Below, piece after piece: positions 14,277 through 33,624 of a DNA stretch of 64,000 bases. The notes below the pieces were generated by a model that ran no database searches, had not been told where the DNA came from, and saw nothing but the letters and a program-made list of their open reading frames with translations. Within the stretch, counting starts at the first letter, position 1, and each line of letters starts with the position of its first letter. The stretch lies in NCBI RefSeq assembly GCF_009914755.1, contig NC_060936.1, one strand, 5' to 3'. The DNA comes from the human T2T-CHM13v2.0 reference genome, Homo sapiens. Made by a program: the position numbers and the translations under genes.

Positions 14277-15356
14277 CTGTGAAAAAGAAAAGAGGGCAAA
14301 AGTAGCATCTTCCCAAAAAGAGACTTTGGAGAAGATAGATGGTTTCAGAGGTTAATTAACAAAGAAGCTCAAACCAAGACAGAAAACTCTTCAATCTAAA
14401 TTGCAAGGCAGGCAGAAAACATTCATACCCAGGCTCATATAGTTTCAGTGAAATGGTTTTGAAAATGTTCATGTTTATAGGCAACCTAGAGGTGACGGAT
14501 TAGCAGAAGGTTGGTGGTGGAAACGAGAATTGCAAGGTCAACCCTTAAAACCTGGAAAATGGAAACAACATCAATGAAACTTAGTAGTGGACAATTCTCC
14601 CAGCAGGCACAGGGAAGGTATCCTGAGATTTCTCTATTCCCTAACCACCTTGATATTCAATTATGGATGCCCCCATCTTTAAGACTACCTAGCCGCACTG
14701 ATAGAGGATAAGTTCCATGAGTAAACGAATTATATCTATCATGTTCACCATAATTTCACCAGTACCTGGCTTGATGCTTGCCAAATAGTAGCTAGCAGAA
14801 CAATACCTAAGTGATGATATCCATATCTGAAAAACTCAAATATTAAATCTTGTCATCTCTACCTGTATCCTTATCACATAATACACTCTTTAATGCTGTT
14901 ATTACTCTCATATCTTCTCGTTACTCTAACCCAACACTAATTTAAAACTAAAAATGCTAAATGATTTTAACATGTCCAAATAAGTCTTAAAATAGATAAC
15001 TCACTTATCAGAGTAGATAACTTTCTTTATGTAATTAACTCTCTATCAATATTCCTTTCTGCATATTCTATCTTTTCTAACAACTATTTTTTCATACTCA
15101 GTACATTTCAGTTAACTTTAGTTCCTGACTTAATTTCACCTCAGCAGTTTTACAAAATTAATGCCGACTCTGATTCCCATATCACATCTTCAATTTTGAA
15201 TCTATGGCAGATCAAAGGTGCTGCCATATAAGCCTATGTCCTTTTTCCACTCCTTACTCTCCTGATGCCAATCACTTTTAAATCACATCCATTGACTGTC
15301 ATAATAATTACATACCCCATTAAAGGGGAAATGTAGAATAAATGAGAAGCTTTTAC

Positions 15357-15402
15357 CAGCAGATCCAGAGTCTTCAAGTAGCACCATTCTGAGTTTGCTC
15401 AT
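15357..15402 (-). CDS. CD163: CD163 coding exon 1 (start codon; MSKLRMVLLEDSGSA + 1 nt)
   Basis: Reverse complement reads ATG AGC AAA CTC AGA ATG GTG CTA CTT GAA GAC TCT GGA TCT GCT G|gtaaaa, matching the human CD163 N-terminus; GT donor at 15356-15355. Confidence 0.97.
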
Positions 15403-15700
15403 TCCAAAGATTTATAACTTCAATGATTCCTAAATCTTCTTGTATTATTCCCTAGAAATGTTCTTCTAAAGAAAACAACTAAGAATTCTAAAAATCACTT
15501 CACTTTCATGAAAATGAAAAGGCTACATATGGAGGCGGAGTCAACTCAAAAAGGGAAGTCATTGAAAGAGCTGAGGTTCCATTTCATACTCATGTTTTCT
15601 TCAATATAGCACATGAAACAACCAAAGGAAATTGGGAAACACTTCCCACAGATTTCGAAAAATTAGAGGAAATACTAACTCATATGCTGCTGTTGCTGAA
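15403..15700 (-). promoter_or_regulatory. CD163: CD163 5'UTR / TATA-less proximal promoter
   Basis: Immediately 5' of the ATG. GC-box-like GGAGGCGGAG (15531-15540), PU.1/ETS-like AAAAGGGAAGTC (15549-15560), IRF-like GAAAGTGAAGTG (minus, 15507-15496), two TTC-N4-GAA sites. The TSS cannot be fixed from sequence alone. Confidence 0.7.
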
Positions 15701-16664
15701 TTAAATATTTTACATTTTTGAACTTCATTTTGGACAAATATATAAGACACAAAAAATTACTAATTGTCATGTAGAAAAATTATGTAAAAAACTAAAGCAA
15801 AACAGGCAAAACATAATTAAATAACATTTTATCATATGCACTTTTAATTTTATTTCCATAATCAAATGTGTCTAATGAGTAATTTTGTGTAAGTTGTTGA
15901 GACACAGCATTTGTCATTTCTTTTCTAATGGGATGAAGTACACCAAGAGAATTAGCCATGACTATTACTGATATTACAAATGGTGAAACAAAAATTAGCA
16001 ACACATGATTTTAGCTCCATATAACTCAGATTCAAGTAAGAGAAACACATATGATAACAACAATGAACATAAAGCTAAAGTGCAGTGTTAAAAATAATGG
16101 ACAAAGTAGTCCTATCTATTGAGAGAAAGGAATGAACAGTCAGAAAACTATTTTCTCTGAGGACAGGCTTAAATTGTGTCCTAAAAGATGAGAAAAACAT
16201 TGCCAAAGGGACAAATGATAAAGGAGTTTAAGGCATAAAAATAGCACATACAAATGAATATTTGTATATAAAAACATATAAGCTCAAAAGAACTACTAAT
16301 AGTTCATCATGGCATACATATTGTCAGGTGTTAGTGATGGGCCTGAAATGGGGAATTAAAGAGCAACTCCAGCCTTCCAGAGAGACATTCACTAGAACCC
16401 AGTCAACAAAGGCACCCCAGTTTTCTTCCACTTCTCGGGCATGCCAAATCTCTCCCTGCCTCATGGTATGTCATACATATTGTTCCTTCTGTGTTTACTG
16501 CCTCCCTACCCGTACCTTTCTCTAAGATAACTCTCACTCACATATACTTTATTTCTCAGTTAAACCTCCCTTCACTAGGAGAAATAACTCTAACGCTGAA
16601 AGACCCCAGAAAATATGCACTCATGATAGCCTGTACTTATGAGGGTTGTCAATTATACATATAT

Positions 16665-22150
<5,486 letters not shown>

Positions 22151-22654
22151 AATTATATTTTTATATTTATTGTTTATCTTACTTGCTAGTCTTAAGATAC
22201 CAGGATAGGAACTGTGTTTTTTTCAAAAAGATATCTACCAGTCCCTGCCAGATGCTAGGCTCAATATTACCTATTTTGTTGTTGTTGTTGACAATGTTGT
22301 TATTATTGCTGAGGTAAACAAGGACTACATGAAGAGGAGTTTTATATACCATGTTAAAGAATTATAATTTTACACTGTAGGCAAGTAATGACATTAAATA
22401 GTTTGAAACATGAGTATTAAATTGCTTTGTCTTTTACATATCTCATCTTGGTAGCAACTTTGAGGATGATTGGTGGCCAGGGTAAAAATGGAAATAAGAG
22501 CAAGATTAAATGCAGTGCAAGTGAATATTATAGCAAAAATCTAATAGAATAAGAGCCCGATTGAAAAGATACAGTAGAAAAATGGAAGAAATAGATTGGT
22601 GCAAAATTAAAAAGCTAGGTGAACAAGACATTTTTGCTTTTATTCAAAATGAAG

Positions 22655-22969
22655 AAACAGGAAGTGTGTTTACTGTCCCACCAGAAACAACTAAAAACAA
22701 AGCCAAACATGTGTAACAATGATTTTCAAGACACTGAAAATGAGGCAACAAGAAGAGTTGTTGCCTGGATCTCAAAGATAGTGATCCATGAGAGATGAGA
22801 AGCTAAGCTGAGTTTACTGCCTTGAGATAGTTTCCAGGCTACCATGGAATAGGAAACCCAGAGAATGATCAGAGGAGTCTCAGAGTTGGGAAGAAGCAGC
22901 TGAGAATCTGGGAGACTAAGGTGGCTAGAATTCACAGCAAATAGTCTCACAGAGGAGAAACTTGCAAGA

Positions 22970-23003
<34 letters not shown>

Positions 23004-23425
23004 TAGGGAGGAGGCAAGGAGAGAGAGCTGAATATCTGTAGAGTCCCCTTTGAGTATTCAGCTGAGTATTGTTAAGTGCATGCATGTGAGCAAATCACCT
23101 GAGCCTGGGGAAAGAATAATGAAAGGATTAGAGTTACACACAGGGCCAGGAAAAGTGACTGTTCACATGGAAAACTCACAAGTCATGGGGTATTGGGTAG
23201 AGTTCACAGATGAGTCTTACCACAGTGGTGGGAAATAAGTAGCCCTAGCTACTTGCTGATTAGATCCCACCTAACAAATTTTAAAGACAAGACCCAAAGA
23301 ATCAAATTGTTTCCAAGAATATAACAACATTCTAGACTAAACGTTAGAATATCTAAAGCAATAAAAATAATTTAAAACTCAGCGAAGTTTAGTTTACAAT
23401 GTCTGGAATTAAACAAAATATTACT
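22655..23425 (+). mobile_element. Old L1M (L1MC/MD-like) 5' region, degenerate
   Basis: Motifs such as aacaatgattttcaagacactg and gagtcccctttgagtattcagctgagta resemble L1M 5' ends. Confidence 0.45.
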
Positions 23426-23428
23426 TAG

Positions 23429-23760
23429 TGCTATGGTCTAAATGTTTGTGTCTCCTCAAAATTCATATGTTGAAATCCTAACCTCAAAGGTATTAGTAGG
23501 TAGGGCCTTTGGGAGATAATTAGGTCATGAGGGCTCTGCCTTCATGAATGGGGTTATTGCCCTCATGAAAGAGATCCCTGAGAGAAGACTGATCCCTTTT
23601 GCCGTGTGAAGTACAGCTAAAAAATGGTAATCTATAACCCTGGAAGTGGACTCTCACCAGACACTGAATCTGACAGCATCTTGATCTTGAACTTCCAGCC
23701 TCCAAAACAAAGAAATAAATTGCTGTTTATAAAACTCGGAGTCTATGTTGTGTAGTTTCT
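23429..23760 (+). mobile_element. MLT1A-type MaLR solo LTR
   Basis: tgctatggtctaaatgtttgtgtctcctcaaaattcatatgttgaaatcctaacc...ttgaacttccagcctcc...aaataaattgctgtttataa. Confidence 0.85.
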
Positions 23761-23774
23761 TTTTTGGGGAGTTG

Positions 23775-24900
23775 GGGAGAGTGCTGATTATAATCTCAAA
23801 ACATGCAATTACAAATGCCATAATCCTAAATGTTAAAATCCCAAAGTTCAAAATCCCTAAAGATCAACATCTCTGAAATCTAAAAATTCCTAACATCAAA
23901 AATTGCAAAAATTACAATTCAGAATGTTGAAATTCTGAAAGTTGAATTCTGTGGAACAGATCAGTACATTTTTGGTTGCATACAGGATAGTTGCATTCTG
24001 TTGTTTACAACACGTTAGGCGGAACTATTCCCTTGGTATTGTCTTTATTTGGAAATTAAATATAGGTTAAGGAGATGCAATTAAGTATGGGTGCCAAGTT
24101 GACAAGGGGTGGATTTATAGACATAATTTTAGGTGTCAACTTGATTGGATTAAGGATTCTAGACACTTGATAAAGCATTATTTTTCATGTCTGTAAGAGT
24201 GCTTCCAGACACATCCAAAATAATGGATAAGATTAGTGTGTGAGTCTGAGTGGACTAGGTGGGGAAGACCTTCCCTCAGCGCTGGCCTGCATCAGGGATC
24301 CAGAGAGAACAAATACAGAAGGAAAATTGGTCTCTCTTTGAGAGCTGGGCCAGACTTTTCTTGTGCTACTTTGGACAGCAGAACTGCAGGCTCACTGGCC
24401 TTTCGACTTCAGCACTTACATCTGGAGTGGCTCCAGAATGCTAAGACTTTTGGTCTCAGACTGAGAGTTACACCATGGGCTCCCCTGGTGCTCAGGCCTT
24501 TGGACTTGGGCTGAGTCATGCTACAGTCATCCCATGGTCTTCAGCTTACAGAAAGCCTATCATGGGACTTTTCAGCCACCAAAATTATGCAAGCCAATTC
24601 CCCTAATAAATTCTCTCTCAATGTCTATATATATATATGTCTTACTGGATCCGCCTCTCTGAAGGACCCTGACTAATACAGATTTGGTATTGGGGAAGCC
24701 AAATTGATTCCTTCTTACGGTATTTTATGACACAGTGAAAGAGACTGTGAAATTTTACTCTTGTAAAATGTTGTGATTAAGTGTGCAAGTCTAGATAATG
24801 GCAAAAGATAAAGTTTAAAAGCTAATTGTTATTGGTGCTGTAAAAACAGAAAATAGGTTAATTTCAATAGCAGTGTTGGACAGTATATTCTTACAAATCT
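23775..24900. mobile_element. Ricksha (MuDR-like) DNA transposon fragment containing an ERVL/MLT2B piece
   Basis: Repetitive aatccc/aaatcc subterminal array (23815-23950), ERVL 3' end ggtgccaagttgacaaggggtgga, MLT2B LTR, then gatttggtattggggaagcc. Confidence 0.7.
24116..24680 (+). mobile_element. MLT2B (ERVL) LTR
   Basis: aattttaggtgtcaacttgattggattaagg...ggccttt ggacttgggctgag...gaccctgactaataca. Confidence 0.85.
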
Positions 24901-25944
24901 TATACCGTGTGATTCTATTTATATAGAATTCTGGAAAGTGAAAATTAATCGACTGTGACTAGATGCAGTGGTTGCTTAGAGATGGATGGGAAGGAGTGCA
25001 AGGAAAGAATCACAATGAGGGGTAATCATGATGAAGTTTTTTGGAGTAATTGATATGTTCATTGTCTTTATTGTGTTGATAATTTCACAGGTATACACAT
25101 ACGTCAAAACTAAACTAATGGAACACTTAAATATGTGCAGCTTATTGTATATTAACTATGCTCCAATAAAGATGTTTTTAAAAATCTTTGTGAGCTATTA
25201 TTGGTGGAGGACAAAAGAAAGAGAGAAGTCCACCAGCAGCTCAATCTTTAAGATTTACAACAATTGTGAAGTCAAACCCTCCAAAAAGGGCCAGGCTTGG
25301 GGGAAGCTGAAGACACAAAAATGTTGAGTGGACCTGTAGGTTAGCAGATGATTTACTCAGAAATTTGTGACATTTTTATGTGGGCATATTCATGGGGAAT
25401 GGGAAAAAGAAGAGGAATAAATAAAGGGAATGGTATCAGATTTTGAAACTTGTTCTGAATTTTGGAATAGATTTGAGGCTTGTTAGTAATCTCATTGTGT
25501 CCCTTTTCGGAATAAAGTCACTAATTTTGTCAAAGTCAGATAGGTTTTTAATAGTGAAATAAGTTTCTGTATTGCTGCATTGAAAATCTCTACATATAAA
25601 TTGCAGGTGTATGGTATTATGTAAATTCTGGGACAAGCCCATGCCTTTTTCTTACTCAGTTTTCTACCACCCAACAAGACAGAATGTGTGCTCTCTTCTT
25701 AATTTGTCCAATATATAGCCTCTTTAGAATGCTGAGCAAACTCAAGTTCAACTTTTTTTCCTTAGGTTCAACCAATCACTGAATAACATTATTATTATTT
25801 TCTTTTTTTCTTATATACAGTAAACTCTAGAGAGTTTACCAAAAAAAAAAAAAAAAAAAAGAAAAAGAAAAAAAAAAGCTGTTAGAACTAATAAATGAAC
25901 TCGGTAAATTTGCAGGATACAAAAAACATTTTTTAGGGCTGCAT

Positions 25945-26254
25945 TTCTTTATTTTATTTTTATTATTATTATTTGAGACACAGTCTCTCTCTGTCGCCCA
26001 GGGTGGAGTGCAGTGGCATGATCTTGGCTCACTGCAACCTCTGCCTCCCGGTTCAAGTGATTCTCTTGCCTCAGCCTCTGAGTAGCTGGGATTACAGGCG
26101 TGTGCCACCACACCCAGCTAACTTTTGTATTTTTAGTAGAGAGGAGGTTTCACCATGTTGGCCAGGCGGGTCTCAAACTCCTGACCTCAAGTGATCTGCT
26201 TGCCTCAGCCTCCCAAAGTTCGGGGATTACAGGCGTGAGCCACCGCGCCCAGCC
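25945..26254 (-). mobile_element. AluS element
   Basis: Reverse-strand Alu from the T-rich tail to ...gagccaccgcgcccagcc. Confidence 0.95.
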
Positions 26255-27049
26255 CTGACTCCTCTTACTCTTTAATTAACTCAATTTTGTTCTTATCTCA
26301 GATTATTCCCCCTTACTATTCTAGTATGTTGAATACAACTTTAAGCTATGCATTTGGAAACTCAGTCATTTACAAGGAACATACAAAATGCGCACATTGG
26401 CATAATATGGCATATGCGTATTGCATATAATTCGTTCATTGTGGGCTGCTTATTGACTAATAGTTTTGATTTCATCATATTCTGATTTTTTTTGCCTGGT
26501 TCTAGTAATTGGATTTTTGTTTTGTTTATGCTTTGTGACAAAGTTTGTGTCAAGTTCCATTCCAGGAGTTTGTTTTATTTGATCTACTTATGCTTTACTT
26601 GCTGCCTTGACTATCTCTACAGATGAATGGGTGATTTATGACTGGGAGTCTTGCTTTCCCAAAAATATTTATGGAAATAGAACATAGAGTAATAAGGAAG
26701 ACCCTGAAGGGTGGCAAGCAGAGTAGTGATATAATCGAATTTCTGTTTTCAACGATGACTCTGACTACGGTATAAAAGAGAGCTCACAAAAGGGCAAAAG
26801 TATATGTAATAATGCCTTATAGAAGGGTCATATAGTGTTTAGTGACAATGAGATTTGGTAGAAATGATGGGATGTAGAGGTGGACTCACCAGTGTTTAAT
26901 TATTACTGGAATAAATGACTGCCTAACTAGCCAAATAAAGTATATAGATGTACCAATAATAATATTCCATTTCCCAAGGCTTATCATTGATTCAATTATG
27001 TCCACTTGAAATCCAAAAGTAGACGAAACAAAAAATAAATGCATATATG

Positions 27050-27531
27050 TGTCAACCTAAATAACAAACAGAGGCTTTCTAGAAGAAAATGATATTTATT
27101 CAGGAATAGGGCACTGCAATGAGAATACACGTGCCATCGTAAACTTGTGCATGTTCAGGGAAGAAAGACGAAGGTTTTTAAAGAAAAAATGAGGAGGATT
27201 ACCTGATTATTTTGATATAATTATTCTTGGCTACAAAGATCAATAACAGGGGTGATACCAATTCAAGGTTAGACAGGAAATGGCTGGACAGATGTCCTTG
27301 CAGAAGTATTTTTGTGTGTGTATGGATGTGATGGCCTTGTGTTTTTTGCAGTTTTTTGTGATAATTTTTGTTATCAGGCATTTATGCATGAGAACCCTCT
27401 CTTCACAGCCTTCCCAGCTCTATTTGTCAGGGTTTGTTCTGTTTTGGTTTGGTTTTCGCTTTTTTTTTTTTTTTGAAGAAACAAACAAACAAAACACTAG
27501 TGACTCCATTTGGATTCTGAGAACTTTCTCA
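27050..27531 (-). mobile_element. MER67-type ERV1 3' LTR preceded by a polypurine tract
   Basis: Minus strand: AAAAGGGGAAAA (PPT, 27543-27532) then TGAGAAAGTTCTCAGAATCCAAATGGAGTCAC...TTGACA; TG...CA termini. Confidence 0.75.
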
Positions 27532-28373
<842 letters not shown>

Positions 28374-28386
28374 AAGATCTTTCTCC

Positions 28387-30200
<1,814 letters not shown>

Positions 30201-30201
30201 A

Positions 30202-33200
30202 TTTTTTAATTTTATATAAGATCTTTTTAAATTTTTTTTAAATTTTTGTGGGTGCATAGTAGGCATATATGTTTGTGAGGCACATGGCATGTTTTGATAC
30301 AGGCATGCAATGTGTAATAATCACATCATGGAGAATGGAGTATTCATCCCCTCAAACATTTATATTTTGTATTACAAGCAATCCAATTACACACTTTTAG
30401 TTATTTTAAAATGTACAATTAAGTTATTATTGACTATCAGCACCCTCTTGTGCTATCAAATAGTATGTCTTATTCATTCTTTCTAACTTTTTTCGTACCT
30501 ATTAACCATCCCCACCTTACCCCCAGCTCCCCACTACTCTTCTCAGCCTCTGGTAACCATCCTTCTACTCTCTATATCCATGATTTCAATTGTTTTGACT
30601 CTTAGTTCCCACAAATAAGTGAGAACATGTTTGCTTTTCTGTGCCTGGGTTATTTCACTTAGCATAATGATCTTCAGTTCCATCCATGTTGTTGCAAAGT
30701 ACAGAATCATGGCAGAATAGTACTCCATTATGTATATGTACCAAATTTTCTCTATCCATTAATCTGCTGAGGGCCACTTAAGTTGCTTTCAAATCTTAGC
30801 TATTGTGGACAGTACTGCAACAAACATGGGAGTGCAAATACCTATTCGATATGCTGATTTTCTTTCTTTTGGATGTGTGCCCAAAAGCAGTGGGATTGCT
30901 GGATCATATGGTAGCGCAATTTTTCATTTTGTGAGAAACCTCCAAACTGTTCTCCATAGTGGTTGTACTAATGTACATTCCCACCAACAATGTAGGAGTG
31001 TTCCCTTTTCTCCACTTTCTCATCAGCATTTATTGCCTGTTTTTTTTTTATGTAAGCCTTTTTAACTGGTGTGAGATGATATCTCATTGTAGTTTTGATT
31101 TGCTTTCTCTTATGATCAATGATGTTGAACACCTTTTCATGTGCCTGTTTGCCTTGTGTATGTTTCCTGAAAAATGTCTACAAATCTTTTGCCCATTTTT
31201 TGATCAGATTATTAGATTTTTTCCTATACAGCTGTTTAAACTCCTTATATATTCTGGTAATTAATCCCCTGTCAGATAAGTAGTAAATATATTCTCCCAT
31301 TTTGTGGGTTTTCTCTTCACTTTGTTGACTGTTTTCTTTACTGTGCAGAAGCTTTTTAACTTGATGTGATCCCATTTGTCTATTTATCCTTTGGTTGACT
31401 GTGCTTGTGGGGTATTGCTCAATAAAGTTTTGCCCAGACCAATGTCCTGAAGATTTTCCCTAATGTTTTCTTATGGCAGTTTTATAGTTTGAGGTCTTAG
31501 ATTTAAGTCTTTAGTACTTTTTGATTTAATTTTTGTATATGGTGAGAGATGGGGGGCTAGTTTCATTCTTCTGGATACGAATATCCAGCTTTCTTAGCAC
31601 CATTTATTGAAGGGACAGTTTTCCCTAGTGTATGTTCTTGGTACCTTTGTCAAAAATGAGTTCACTATAGGTGTTTGGATTTGTTTCTGGGTTCTCTTTT
31701 CTGTTCCATTGGTCTTTGTGTTTGTTTTCATGCCAGTGTGATGCTGTTTTGGTTACTACAGCTCTGTAATATAATTTGAAGTCAGGTAATGTGATTCCTC
31801 CAGTTTTATTCTTTTTGCTTAGGATAGCTTTGTCTATTCTGGCTCTTTTGTAGTTCCATATAAATTTTAGAATATGTTTCTATTTCTGTAAAGAATGCCA
31901 TTGTTATCTTGATGTGGATTGCATTGAATATATAGATTGCTTTGGGTAGTGTGGAATTTTAGCAATATTGATTCTTCCCATCCATGAACCTGAAATATCT
32001 TCCCATTTTTTGGTGTTCTTTTCAATTTCTTTCATCACTGTTTTATAGTTTTCATTATAAAGATCTTTCACTCCTTTGGTTAAGTTAGTTCCTAGGTATT
32101 TAATTTTATTTGTGGCTACTGTAAATGAGATTACTTTTTTATTTCTTTTTTGGATTGTTTACGGTTGGCATATAGAAATGTTACTGATTTTTACAAGTTG
32201 ATTTCATATCCTGCAACTTTACTGAATTTGTTTATCAGTTCTAATATTTTTGGTGGAGTCTATAGGTATTTCCAAATATAAGACTATATCACCAGCAAAC
32301 AAGAATGATTTGACTTCCTCTTTCCAATTTGGATACCCTTTGTATCTTTCTCTTGTTTGATTGCTCTAGCTAGGACTTCCCGTACTATGTCAAATAATAG
32401 TGGTGACAGTGGGCATCCTTGTCGTCTTCCAGATTACAGATGAAAGGCTTTCAGTTTTTCACCATTCAGTATGATACTAGCTGTGGGTCTGTCAAATATG
32501 GCTTTCATTATGTTGAGATATGGTTCTTCTGTAACCAGTTTTTTGAGAGTTTTTGTCATAAGGGATGTTGAATTTTATCGAATGCTTTTTCAGCATCAAT
32601 TGAAATGGTCATATGGTTTTTATCCTTTATTCTGTTGATATGGTGTATCACATTGATTTGCATATGCCTAACCATCCTTTCATTCAAGAGATAAAACCCA
32701 CGTGGTCATGATGAATGATCTTTCTAACATATTATTAAATTCCATTTGCTAGTATTTTGCTGAGAACTGTTCCATCAATATTCATTAGTGATATTGGCCT
32801 GTAGCTTTCCTTTTTTGATGTGCCTTTGTCTGGTTTTTGTATCACGGTAATACTGGCCTCATATAATTAGTTTGGAAGTATTCTCTCCTCCTCTATTTTT
32901 CAGAATAGTTTGAGTAGAATTGGTATTAGTTCTTCAAATGTTTGGTACAATTCAGCAGTGAAGCCATCAGATTCTGGTCTTCTCTTTAGGGGAAGACTTT
33001 TTATTATGGCTTCAATCCCATTACTTGTTATTGGACTTTTCAGATTTTGGATTCCTTCCTGGTATAATATTGCTAGATTGTATGTGTGTAGGAATTTGTC
33101 CCTTTCTTCTAGATTTTCCATCCCTTTGCATTTGGTTGCTTATAGTAGCCACTAATGATACTTTGAATTCCTGCAGTATTGGTTGTAATGTTTGCTTTTT

Positions 33201-33620
33201 CATTTCTTATTTTATTTTGATCTTCTTTCTTTTTTCCTTAGTCTGTTTAAAGGTTTATGAATTGTGTTTAAATTTTCTTTCTGGTTTTTGTTTTTATTTT
33301 ACTTTGAGTTCTAGGGTACATGTGCACAACGTGCAGGTTTGTTACATATGTATACATGCGCCATGTTGGTGTGCTGCACCCATTAACTCGTCATTTACAT
33401 TAGGTATATCTCCTAATGCTATCCCTCCCCCCTCCCCCCATCCCACAACAGGCCCCGGTGTGTGATGTTCCCCTTCCTATGTCCAAGTGTTCTCAGTGTT
33501 CAATTCCCACCTCTGAGTGAGAACAAAACAGCAACTTTTTGTTTCATTAATCTTTTATATTGTTTTCTTTATTTCAATTTCATTTATTCCTGCTCTAATC
33601 TTCATTATCACTTTCCTTTT
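30202..33620 (-). mobile_element. L1MA (L1MA1-3-like), 3' portion
   Basis: 3'UTR ttttgtgggtgcatagtagg...aatcacatcatggagaatgg; decayed ORF2 peptides in the ORF track (32900..33121). Confidence 0.85.
33283..33523 (-). mobile_element. Short L1PA4/5-like 3' fragment nested in the L1MA
   Basis: ctagggtacatgtgcacaacgtgcagg...cattaactcgtcatttacattagg...gtgagaac. Confidence 0.85.
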
Positions 33621-33624
33621 TTAC

